Source: Pedosphaera sp. (lineage in GTDB: Bacteria; Verrucomicrobiota; Verrucomicrobiia; Limisphaerales; SIBH01). Taken from it: a stretch of DNA of 64,000 bases. Shown in pieces: positions 10,001-16,972 of this stretch (position 1 is its first letter; every line of letters begins with the position of its first letter). The stretch is taken from NCBI GenBank assembly GCA_031414955.1, contig JANOQV010000012.1, positions 31,100 through 95,099 on the forward strand. The letters are read 5' to 3'. The notes beneath the pieces are model-generated. The model saw nothing but the letters and a program-made list of their open reading frames with translations. It did not search any database and was not told the origin of the DNA. The position numbers were made by a program, and so were the translations under genes.

Positions 10001-10164
10001 CCATGAATGCAGGCCGGCCCAGGCACCCACGCCGCCGGCCCATTTTGGCTCGGGAGAACTATTTGATGTTTGGCGGGCGGTGTTTGGTGTTTATTCCGAG
10101 CGATGTATTCGGCCAACTTCAAAGACGCCGCACTGGTCTTGATTGGGCACGGCTCAACGCTCAA
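7084..10164 (-). CDS. uvrA: Excinuclease ABC subunit A (UvrA), carrying four in-frame repeat-element insertions
   Basis: Two ABC modules ('ITGVSGSGKSTLAFD' and 'VTGVSGSGKSTLIRE'; 'LSGGEAQR' twice; 'YVLDEPT', 'FILEEPT'). Zn-finger cysteines are present (CPAC, CGQCG..CPQCRG, CPTCHG, CPEC..CETC). The start is uncertain: conserved UvrA sequence begins near 'VIRILGARQHNLKN', and an in-frame GTG at 9948 is a more plausible start than the ATG at 10164. That ATG would overlap the divergent gene at 10103. Confidence 0.9.
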   Translation of the reverse strand: MSVEPCPIKTSAASLKLAEYIARNKHQTPPAKHQIVLPSQNGPAAWVPGPACIHGGGVSILAFRPTHVTPPAVNVAPTPLTLVASPDVIRILGARQHNLKNISLDIPRGKFVVITGVSGSGKSTLAFDLLFAEGQRRFLDSMNAYARQFVEQMARPDVDLITGLPPAVSIEQRTTRGGGKSTVATVTEVYHFIRLLMARLGTQYCPACQIPVEPQTRDQLRAQLQKEMKQRGDLLLLAPVVKNRKGFHTDVAEWAAKHGYAEVRADGKLVRTDKPLRLDRFKEHDVEIVTGVLEAKPRKVGRAVLSAPRTSSAARRGENTAPGQRTPQQLIDTTLDLGHGTLLAVDDQQHVSVHSTERACGQCGRSFQPLDPKMFSYNSSQGWCPQCRGFGELFYLPDVERGARADAIEESWFGWQEGKREECPTCHGGRLNEIARAVRLDCVGPRSNSDKSRASVQGPKPPTIDSVAQLSVAQAAQFFRTLQFSGREALIARDMIPEISERLKFLFEVGLGYLQLGRSVTTLSSGEAQRIRLAAQLGSNLCGVLYVLDEPTIGLHARDNEQLIATLEQLRARGNSLVVVEHDEATMRRADFIVDLGPGAGVQGGVVVAAGTLAELLRQEDSITGRCLREHKQYPARGERRSVQRAPGVPPGSVLKPRRTARTESAPTRRDAGGTLVLRGASVHNLKNLTVEFPLNRFVVVTGVSGSGKSTLIRECLLPTLLGKLKRSKGQGPTPIKRERASKVGPPSGEIVSGHEQIAAVYEVDQSPIGRTPRSTPATYVGFFDDIRALFAQTPEARMRGYGPGRFSFNSAQGRCPECEGAGQIKLEMNFLPPAYVRCETCGGSRFNRETLDIEYKGRNIAQVLDLAVEEAIEFFASFPKIKRPIEALRDTGLGYLQLGQTSPTLSGGEAQRVKLVTHLLTGLRQPTLFDPKQKRNLFILEEPTIGLHMADVRRLVEMIQRLVEAGHSVIVIEHNLDLIAEADWVIDLGPEAGEAGGTLVAQGTPEQVARTKGSHTGRFLADVLA
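7933..7985. repeat. 'TTGGACC-type' dispersed element, copy 1, in frame inside uvrA
   Basis: GACCTTGGAC-GCTCGCTCGCGCTTTATCGGAG-TTGGACCTTGGCCCTTGGACC. Translated on the minus strand as ...KGQGPTPIKRERASKVG... Confidence 0.85.
8141..8231. repeat. 91-nt palindromic element in frame inside the uvrA inter-ABC linker
   Basis: GTGCCCCCGGCGTCCCGCCGGGT (8141-8163) and its perfect reverse complement ACCCGGCGGGACGCCGGGGGCAC (8209-8231) flank a 45-nt spacer. Confidence 0.9.
8783..8835. repeat. 'TTGGACC-type' dispersed element, copy 2, in frame inside uvrA
   Basis: GGCTTTGGACCTTGGAC-GCTCGCTCGCGATTTATCGGAG-TTGGACCTTGGACC. Translated as ...GPRSNSDKSRASVQGPKP..., which is shifted by one nucleotide relative to copy 1. 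Confidence 0.85.
9199..9268. repeat. GC-rich repeat (related to the element at 59844-59945) in frame inside uvrA
   Basis: GGCGCGCTGAGGACAGCGCGCCCTACC (9242-9268) matches GGCGCGCTGGGGACAGGCGCGCCCTACC at 59918-59945. It is preceded by the hairpin GGCGCGGTG-TTCT-CACCGCGCC. Encodes ...KVGRAVLSAPRTSSAARRGENTAPG... Confidence 0.75.
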
Positions 10165-10969
10165 CGCCGATTCGGCCGCGCCGACCCATCAACACGCGGA
10201 CGAGCTGCGGCGGCGGGGCGTGTTCGGTCAAGTTCGCGTGGCTTTCTGGAAGCAGGAGCCGGCCATCCGCACGGTTTTGGACGGCCTGCAGACGCGACGG
10301 GTTTTCATCGTGCCGTTGTTCATCAGCGAGGGCTACTTCACTCAGGAGGTGATTCCCCGCGAGCTGGAGTTGTTGGTCCAAGGTCCAAAGTCCGAGGTCC
10401 AAAGCCTGGAGAGGGTGCAGCGGCGTGGCGCGCAGACGATCTATTACTGCGGCCCCGTCGGCACGCACGACAGCATGACGGAGGTGTTGCTGGCCCGCGC
10501 GTGCGAGGTCGTGGAACGGTTTCCCGCCGGCCCTGCACCCGCTCCGTCTGACACCACGCTTTTCATCGCCGGTCATGGCACGGGCAACAACGAGAACTCG
10601 CGCCGGGCCATTGAGCGACAGGCGGAACTAATCCGTGCGCGGAAGATTTACGCCGAGGTCCACGCCGTCTTCATGGAGGAGGAACCGCGCATTGAGACGT
10701 GTTACGCGATGGCCCGCTCCCGGAATATCGTCATGGTGCCGCTCTTCGTCAGCGATGGGCTGCACTCCCAGGAGGACATCCCGGTGCTGCTCGGCGCGTC
10801 GCCTGCAGTCGTCAAAGAGCGGATGCGGCTGGGTCAGCCGACCTGGCACAACCCGACCGAGATGCAGGGCAAACTCGTCTGGTACGCGCGCAGCATCGGC
10901 AGCGAACCGCACCTGGCCGACGTCATTCTGGAGCGTGTGCAGGAGCAGGTGGTCGCGGCGGTCGATTAG
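10103..10969 (+). CDS. CbiX-like (sirohydrochlorin chelatase-type) protein, double domain
   Basis: Two halves each begin 'L(V/F)I(I)GHGS/T' and are followed by 'VPLF(I/V)S(E/D)G.H', the CbiX/SirB fold signature. The Met at 10103 is preferred over 10070. Confidence 0.65.
   Translation: MYSANFKDAALVLIGHGSTLNADSAAPTHQHADELRRRGVFGQVRVAFWKQEPAIRTVLDGLQTRRVFIVPLFISEGYFTQEVIPRELELLVQGPKSEVQSLERVQRRGAQTIYYCGPVGTHDSMTEVLLARACEVVERFPAGPAPAPSDTTLFIAGHGTGNNENSRRAIERQAELIRARKIYAEVHAVFMEEEPRIETCYAMARSRNIVMVPLFVSDGLHSQEDIPVLLGASPAVVKERMRLGQPTWHNPTEMQGKLVWYARSIGSEPHLADVILERVQEQVVAAVD
10373..10406. repeat. Short form of the 'TTGGACC-type' element in frame inside the CbiX-like gene
   Basis: TTGGTCCAAGGTCCAAAGTCCGAGGTCCAAAGCC is the reverse complement of the uvrA copies, lacking their 22-nt core. 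Encodes ...LVQGPKSEVQSL... Confidence 0.75.
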
Positions 10970-10999
10970 ATCTGGCGGAGAGGCGCGGCTCAACCGCCC

Positions 11000-11836
11000 T
11001 CAAGACGGCGCGAAAAGCCGCTCGAACTGGAAGATCAGTTCGAGTCCGGTGACGAAAAGAAAGGCGAAGACCACGCGCATGAAAGCCCGTTCGGAAATTC
11101 TCCGGTTCATCCACACCCCGAGCCACACGCCGAGCGGGACGAGCGGGAAGAAAATCAGACTCGTGAGCAACGTCTCGCGGGTGATCAGCGCGCGGGCCGC
11201 AAAAACGGGCAGGTTAATCTGTGTCTGATCCAGGCAGAAGAAGGGCATCTTAAGCCAGTTCACGAAGGTGAAGATGAGCACATTGGTGGCGACGAAGGTT
11301 TCCTTGGGCAGCCGTTGCGGGATGAGAAACATGCTGATGATCGGCCCGGCCCCGTGGGCGAAGGTCGAGGTGATGCCAGTGGCCAGTCCGATCGGGACGC
11401 CCACGCGGTGATTCGGCGCGAAGGCGCCTTCGGCCCGGAAGATTCTCTCCTTCATCAGTTGAAAGAGCACGAAGGCCACGGCAATGCCGCCGATGGCAAT
11501 GTTGAGCTGCCGGTGGTTAAACTGCCCGATGAGTTGCACGCCGATCACGATGCCCACGATCACGCCGGGGAGGACAAACTTCAGATTTCGCGCCTCCCAC
11601 TTGCGCCAGTAGTTCCAGAGGGAGAAGGCATCGCCGGCACAGAGCAGCGGGAGGATGACGCCGATGGCGTCCTTCGAGCCGAAAGTGAGCACAGCCAGCG
11701 GAGTGGTGAGCAGGCCCAACCCGCCGCCGAAGCCAGCCTTGGAGATGCCGATGAAGAGCACGGCCACGATGGCAAACGCAAGCTTGGGTGAAATTTCCGG
11801 CACGACGGCGCGGACTAAACACCAAATCCGAAACAT
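11000..11836 (-). CDS. TauE/SafE (TSUP) family anion exporter
   Basis: Polytopic membrane protein with two 'G.GGG/HGAG' motifs ('ISKAGFGGGLGLLTTP', 'TSTFAHGAGPIISMFL'). The start is chosen at the Met before the first TM segment. Confidence 0.75.
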   Translation of the reverse strand: MFRIWCLVRAVVPEISPKLAFAIVAVLFIGISKAGFGGGLGLLTTPLAVLTFGSKDAIGVILPLLCAGDAFSLWNYWRKWEARNLKFVLPGVIVGIVIGVQLIGQFNHRQLNIAIGGIAVAFVLFQLMKERIFRAEGAFAPNHRVGVPIGLATGITSTFAHGAGPIISMFLIPQRLPKETFVATNVLIFTFVNWLKMPFFCLDQTQINLPVFAARALITRETLLTSLIFFPLVPLGVWLGVWMNRRISERAFMRVVFAFLFVTGLELIFQFERLFAPS

Positions 11837-11949
11837 CAGACACCAAATAAATTCCTGGCGACAAAGCGCCCTGGCGAGCACGGCGCAGCTCCGTGGTGCA
11901 GCTTTTCGCAGCGCGACCATGGCCAGGATGGAGGACCAAGGCGGGCGAC

Positions 11950-13281
11950 TCAGGGCGCGATCCAGAGGCCGAAGGGCGCGTATTTGGAAACCCCGCCAAT
12001 CTGCACCTGGGCGAACAAGCGCACCAGGCCCGGCTGGGGCGGAAAGAACTGGAACTCAAGCTCCGGTCCACCGCGCGCCGCCGGATCCGAAACCAGCCCA
12101 CCTTTCGGGTGCAGATGCAGCACCGTCTTGCGGTCTTCGTGGAAACCAACCAGATGCACAAAGGCGTTCATCAACGGCTCCAGCCGGGTGAAAGGTTTTC
12201 CGTCCGCGCCCGTCAGGCGCAGTTTCCCGACCACCGGACGGCCGCTGCGCAACTTCTCCGTGGCGAAGGTCAGCTCAAAGAGCATGCCTTCCACCAGCAC
12301 GCGGTTGGTGACCGTTCGATCGGAGAGCGGAGCCTCGGACGTCGTCGCGGAAATGGTGGTGGTGAGATATTGCTGCAGCCCCAGGGGCCGCGGACGGACA
12401 TCCACCCAGGCGAGATAGCGCCCTGGTCTTTGCGGAGTGAACGAGAACGGATACTCGCCCGGCACCCGGCTGACCTGCGGATGGAGGTGGTGATAATCGG
12501 TCAGAGTCGAATCGATGAGGAGCAAGTGGATGCGCTCCGTGTGCGCCACAATCAGGTCCGGCGGATACACCGCTGAACCGTCCAGTTTGTTCAGATCGAG
12601 AAACCCTTTGGCCGGCTGGCCAGGCACAAGCGGCTGGTCGGTGTGAATCTTCGCCGTCATGGAGGGCCGCGCCGGAGTGGGCAGTCCGCAGAACTCGGGC
12701 AGGATGCGCACGCGCTGATCGAGCAGGGCACCACACTTGGGACAGGTGTCGGCGCGCTGGCCGCGAATGTCCCGGTGCGAGGGACACATCCAGTGCGAAG
12801 CCGCCGTCTCGGCGTCAGCCACGGCCGAGGGGTTGAAACAGCCCTTGATGCGGCCCAGCGTTTCAAGAATCAGCCGGAGTTTCTCCTCCGCGACCGCCTG
12901 TTGCTGCAAATCCCCCGCGAGATGCAGCGCGGCCACGCCCTGCGCCAAGGTTTCCACATCCGCGCGAAAGGCCACGCGCCGTTCCTCGTCGATGCGCCGG
13001 GCCTGTTGCTGAATCGCCACCAGGCTCGCGGCCAGCACCATGTCCTCGCTGTGAATCGACGCGAGATCCTTCGACTGCACGGTCTCCTCCAGATGGCTCA
13101 CCACCTGCAAGAGCATCCCCAGCGCCTCGGTGGAACTGGCGAAATAGTTGGTCCCATCGACACGGGCAGACTCCGTTCCCTCCGCCCCGGCGACGGGCCG
13201 GGCCAAAGTCGCCAGCCCGAGGCTGACGGAAGCGAGCAGGCTCGCGCTGAAACAGAGGCTCAAACTGCGGTTCATAATCAT
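11950..13281 (-). CDS. Secreted protein with a heavy-metal-binding zinc-ribbon motif and a C-terminal Ig-like (FixH/YtkA-like) region
   Basis: Signal peptide MIMNRSLSLCFSASLLASVSLGLA. 'WMCPSHRDIRGQRADTCPKCGALL' resembles the HMBD motif found at the N-terminus of Cus/Czc-type adaptors. His-rich 'DYHHLHP', 'LHLHPKGG'. Confidence 0.45.
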   Translation of the reverse strand: MIMNRSLSLCFSASLLASVSLGLATLARPVAGAEGTESARVDGTNYFASSTEALGMLLQVVSHLEETVQSKDLASIHSEDMVLAASLVAIQQQARRIDEERRVAFRADVETLAQGVAALHLAGDLQQQAVAEEKLRLILETLGRIKGCFNPSAVADAETAASHWMCPSHRDIRGQRADTCPKCGALLDQRVRILPEFCGLPTPARPSMTAKIHTDQPLVPGQPAKGFLDLNKLDGSAVYPPDLIVAHTERIHLLLIDSTLTDYHHLHPQVSRVPGEYPFSFTPQRPGRYLAWVDVRPRPLGLQQYLTTTISATTSEAPLSDRTVTNRVLVEGMLFELTFATEKLRSGRPVVGKLRLTGADGKPFTRLEPLMNAFVHLVGFHEDRKTVLHLHPKGGLVSDPAARGGPELEFQFFPPQPGLVRLFAQVQIGGVSKYAPFGLWIAP

Positions 13282-13401
13282 CTCCGGCGCGAGAAGCTAT
13301 CGGCACGAACCCGCCTCCGGTCAACCCTGCGCAAGACGGTGGTGGTTTTATCCCTACAGGATTTTCCCTGGGCAGCCGATGTGGGGGAAGGAAAACAGTT
13401 C

Positions 13402-13812
13402 ATGAACACCAAGAACATTTTAGTGCTGGAAGACGCGGCTTTAATTCGCAACCTCGTGCATGGTCGCCTGGAGGCCGAGGGTTATCAGGTCACCTCGGCC
13501 AGCATGGTCTCGGAAGCCTTGCATGAAATCCGCGCCCGGATGCCGGACCTGATCATTCTCGACCTGGGCCTGGAGGATGACGATCCCTTCGCCGCCCTGA
13601 CTGACGGGTTCGCTTTTCTCGGCATGCTGCGCCGCAGTTACCCTGGCTCGGACACCTCGGTCATCATTTACTCGGTGAGTTACTCGCCGGAGATTGAGGT
13701 GCGCGCCAAAACGCTGGGCGTGCTCGAGGTCATCGAGAAAAAGCGCGGGATGACCGCCTTGCTCGGCGCGGTGCGGAAGGCTTTCGAGCGCCGAGAAGAA
13801 CAGGCGGCTTAA
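13402..13812 (+). CDS. Stand-alone response-regulator receiver (CheY-like) protein
   Basis: 'ILVLEDAALIR...PDLIILDLGL' receiver signature. The rest of the track ORF 12643..13812 is antisense to the gene at 11950..13281. Confidence 0.8.
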   Translation: MNTKNILVLEDAALIRNLVHGRLEAEGYQVTSASMVSEALHEIRARMPDLIILDLGLEDDDPFAALTDGFAFLGMLRRSYPGSDTSVIIYSVSYSPEIEVRAKTLGVLEVIEKKRGMTALLGAVRKAFERREEQAA

Positions 13813-13964
13813 CCCGCCTGCGGGGAGGGCCCGCCGGAAGGCCGGACCTGCACCCAGCCAACGATGGACTTGGTGGCACCGATCCGCCGAAGGCGAGGCC
13901 GTTCGCTCGTCTGGATTCTCAGAGCCGGTCTGAAAATTCACTGGGGCAGCGCAAGCTGCCCGCC

Positions 13965-14075
13965 CCGGAGTGCGCTCGTGCTCGGGCGCCGCCACTTGCA
14001 AACACAAGCGGGTGTGGGTTTTTCCGACGCGCTCCAAGTCATCACCTTGCTGCGCCCGAGGACGGGCGCACTCCG
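13965..14075. repeat. ~111-nt inverted-repeat element (family 'GCGCCCGAGGACGGGCGCACTCC')
   Basis: CCGGAGTGCGCTCGTGCTCGGGCGCC (13965-13990) and CTGCGCCCGAGGACGGGCGCACTCCG (14050-14075) are inverted, and each arm is itself a hairpin. It sits in a convergent intergenic region. Confidence 0.8.
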
Positions 14076-14098
14076 CCTCCGAATTTTCAGATCGGCTC

Positions 14099-16969
14099 TT
14101 ACCGAGGAATGGCGGCGGGCAGGACGGGCAATATGTTTAGCAGCACGGGCTGGGAGACGTGGTCCCCATCAACTCTCGCCCGGAGATGGAACAAGCGTCG
14201 GCCAGGCGAGGCGACCTTCGAGGCGGTCAGGAAGAACTCGCGCTCGGTCTGGCCTTCGACAATCAGCAGGCCGTTCAACCCGATGTTGTCCACATAGACA
14301 CCGTGCGGTGAATTGCGGCCGCAATCCTCCACGCCCAGCTCGATGCGCTCCTTGAAGTCATGACGCGTGGCCCGCACGAGGGCCGTGATGGTCTGGCCGG
14401 GACGGAGGGTAAACTCCAGCGGCTGGCCGGGAGTTTCCTTCACAAAGCTCCGGTCTTTTCCCGGCCGGATGGCCACCGTCACCTTGGCCGGCTTGGCAAG
14501 CTCGATGTTGCCGAGGGTGCCCAGTTCGTGCGTGACCGCGCGGCCGTGGATGCGGGCGGTGGCGATAATTTTCACGGCGCGGTCGGCATTCGTGTCCGGT
14601 GCCACGGCGTTGGTCGCGGCCTGCAACGTGGCCTGGGCGCGAATCTGGCCGGCCTCGATCTCGAGGGGCGAACTGGCGCTGAAGCCGATGGGCAGATTCG
14701 TAAGCTCGATGCGGATGGGACCCATGAATCCCTCCCGGCGTTGGGCGACGAAGCTGATTTCCCGGCCGCTGCCCGGACTGACCTTCGGATCCTTGCCCTC
14801 CACCGTGACGCTGAAGCCGGGGCGTTGTTCGCGCACAGCCAAGGTGTAATGGAAGTTCGTGCCGCCCAGGCCGCGCGTGTCGCGGACGCGCACCAGGTAG
14901 TCGCCGCTGGCCGGCGCGGTAAAGAGCAGCACGGAATCGGCACCGGCCCGGCGGCTTGGATCGTCGTCGTTTTCGTAGCTCAAGCGATAGACGGGCAGGC
15001 CGTTCGGCACCGGCTCCGTGCCGGGCGGGAGCGGCGTGACGATGTAGCCAGGTTCGTTGAGCGCGTGCGTGAGCGCGGTGGTGCCGAAATAAGTCTGCCG
15101 CCGGCCTTCGCCCGGATAGACCTTGTAGCCGGAGTCCGGCCCGCGCGGGTAAAGCCACAGCTTCACGACCTCGCCGTTGGCGTAGAAGTATTCGTCCAGT
15201 TCCATCTCGGCCCAGTTGTGCAGGCGGAAGTCATCCACGGTGTCGGAATCCTTGCCCCGGAAGGTGAACCACGAGTCGCGCACGGCTTGCAGCACGACTT
15301 GCTCGACCGGGCGACCATCGGCGTGCAGCACTTCGAGCCGGCTGTCCAGCGGCGACTTCGATTGCGCCGCGTGGATGGCCAGCGTGAATTCCTCTCCGGC
15401 CCGGGCGCGAAAGCGAAACAGGTCGGCGTCGCCGGGCGGGTCGATGACTCCCTTGATTTCGGCCGGCCAAGGCACGGAGGCGGCCTGCGCGGGCCGGTTG
15501 TTCGGCTCGGCTTCGGCGAGCTGCGTCACGTTGGTGGAAGCGGAGCCAGGCGCCTTCGTCACGAGTGACGTGGCCCGTGGTTTCTTCGCCGGGGAAACTT
15601 TCGCTTCGTAGAGTTGCAGTGAACCATCCAAGCGCACGGCGAGGAATTCATCGGCCTTGGGACGGGCCGCAATCGCGGCGGCGAGGTCGGGCTGGAGATC
15701 ATACGCATAACGCTCGGTCAGATCAGGCAGGCTCCAGAGCTTGAGCGTGCGATCGGCGGCCGAGGTGATGAGGAACTTGCCGTTCGCGCTGAGATCAAAG
15801 GCGGTGATGGCCGCTTCGTGGGCAAAGCGGGAATGAACCACGGGATTGAGCGCGGGCCCGGTCTTGGAAACGAAACGCCAGAGGTGGATGCGCTTGTCGT
15901 TCCCGGCGGCGAGCAGGTGCTGGCCGTCCGGCGTGAAGGCCACGGCGTTCAATTCGCCCTGCGGCTGGTTCAAGGTGTCGAGCCGCGCGCCATCGGCCAC
16001 GCGCCAGAGCTTCACGGTTTGATCCGCGCTGGCCGAGGCCAGGACAGTGCCGCTCGGATCGAAGGCGAGATCGAAGACCGCGCCGTTGTGGCCGGCGATG
16101 GCGTGAAGCAACGTGCCGTCGCTGATGCGCCAGAGTTTGATCACCCGATCGTAACCGGCGGTGGCGAGTGTCCGGCCGTCGGGCGAAAACTCCGCGTCGT
16201 AGAGCGCATCGCGATGGCCGCCAAACTCGCGCACCTTCCGTCCGCCGGCCACTTCCCAAAGCTGGGCCGCGCCGCTCAGTCCGGTGATACCGCTGGCCGC
16301 GATCAAATGCTTGCCGTCCGGCGCGAAGTGAACGGCGTTGACCTTGCCGGGCAGGCCGCTGAAGACGCGCAAGGCCGGGCCGCGCGAAGAACGACGCAGT
16401 TCGACCCGGTTGGCCAGGCCCACGGCGAATTGCCGGCCATCGGGCGACCAGGCCGCGGCGGTCAACGGCGGTCGCAGGCCGGGCGCGGTCTTGATTTCCG
16501 GGACCACGAGGCTTTCGAGAATGGAGACGTCCTGCCTGGGCGCGGCGGCTCCGGCGGCGATCCATTGCTTGAGCACGGCGAGTTCAGCGGCGGGAACTTG
16601 CGGTTCGTCCTTGGGCGGCATGTGCGGTCGCGCGCGGCTTTCAATCGATTTGATCAGAAACGATTCATCTGCCTGACCGGGCTTGATGGGGTCGCCCTTC
16701 TCGCTGCCGCCCTGGCGCAAGGCGGCGTAGGTCTCGACGGAGAAATCATTTTCGTGCTCGGTCGCGTTGTGACAGCCCGCGCAATAGGTGCGCAGAATGG
16801 GCGCGATGTTCTGCTCGAAAGTAATCTGGGCCCGAGCGGCGGCGCAAAAGGTGAGCAGGACCAGGAGGCCAGCCACCGGCCACGCGGGCAGAGCGAAGCG
16901 CCGGGACGGGCGAGGCCTGGCGCTCCAGGACGGGTTGAAGCAGGACGTAACGGATGGAACCAGGTTCAT
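14099..16969 (-). CDS. Planctomycete-type cytochrome c (PSCyt1) + WD40 beta-propeller + pre-peptidase-C-terminal-like domains protein
   Basis: N-terminal 'IAPILRTYCAGCHN...MPP' heme-binding module. Multiple WD40 repeats follow ('H.GAVFDLAFDPSG..LASASADQTVKLW'), then 'GDADLFRFRARAGEEFTLAIHA' and 'SGDYLVRVRD' PPC-like modules. Confidence 0.8.
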   Translation of the reverse strand: MNLVPSVTSCFNPSWSARPRPSRRFALPAWPVAGLLVLLTFCAAARAQITFEQNIAPILRTYCAGCHNATEHENDFSVETYAALRQGGSEKGDPIKPGQADESFLIKSIESRARPHMPPKDEPQVPAAELAVLKQWIAAGAAAPRQDVSILESLVVPEIKTAPGLRPPLTAAAWSPDGRQFAVGLANRVELRRSSRGPALRVFSGLPGKVNAVHFAPDGKHLIAASGITGLSGAAQLWEVAGGRKVREFGGHRDALYDAEFSPDGRTLATAGYDRVIKLWRISDGTLLHAIAGHNGAVFDLAFDPSGTVLASASADQTVKLWRVADGARLDTLNQPQGELNAVAFTPDGQHLLAAGNDKRIHLWRFVSKTGPALNPVVHSRFAHEAAITAFDLSANGKFLITSAADRTLKLWSLPDLTERYAYDLQPDLAAAIAARPKADEFLAVRLDGSLQLYEAKVSPAKKPRATSLVTKAPGSASTNVTQLAEAEPNNRPAQAASVPWPAEIKGVIDPPGDADLFRFRARAGEEFTLAIHAAQSKSPLDSRLEVLHADGRPVEQVVLQAVRDSWFTFRGKDSDTVDDFRLHNWAEMELDEYFYANGEVVKLWLYPRGPDSGYKVYPGEGRRQTYFGTTALTHALNEPGYIVTPLPPGTEPVPNGLPVYRLSYENDDDPSRRAGADSVLLFTAPASGDYLVRVRDTRGLGGTNFHYTLAVREQRPGFSVTVEGKDPKVSPGSGREISFVAQRREGFMGPIRIELTNLPIGFSASSPLEIEAGQIRAQATLQAATNAVAPDTNADRAVKIIATARIHGRAVTHELGTLGNIELAKPAKVTVAIRPGKDRSFVKETPGQPLEFTLRPGQTITALVRATRHDFKERIELGVEDCGRNSPHGVYVDNIGLNGLLIVEGQTEREFFLTASKVASPGRRLFHLRARVDGDHVSQPVLLNILPVLPAAIPR

Positions 16970-16972
16970 ACC

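Noticed and set aside
9950-10102. Possible cobalamin riboswitch upstream of the CbiX-like gene
   Set aside because: I could not find a B12-box-like GCCACTG core or the expected conserved stems. The region also overlaps the possible 5' end of uvrA.
12643-13401. Upstream 253 codons of the track ORF 12643-13812
   Set aside because: This part is antisense to the well-supported gene at 11950-13281 and has no motifs. Only the last 136 codons, from the ATG at 13402, form a receiver domain.
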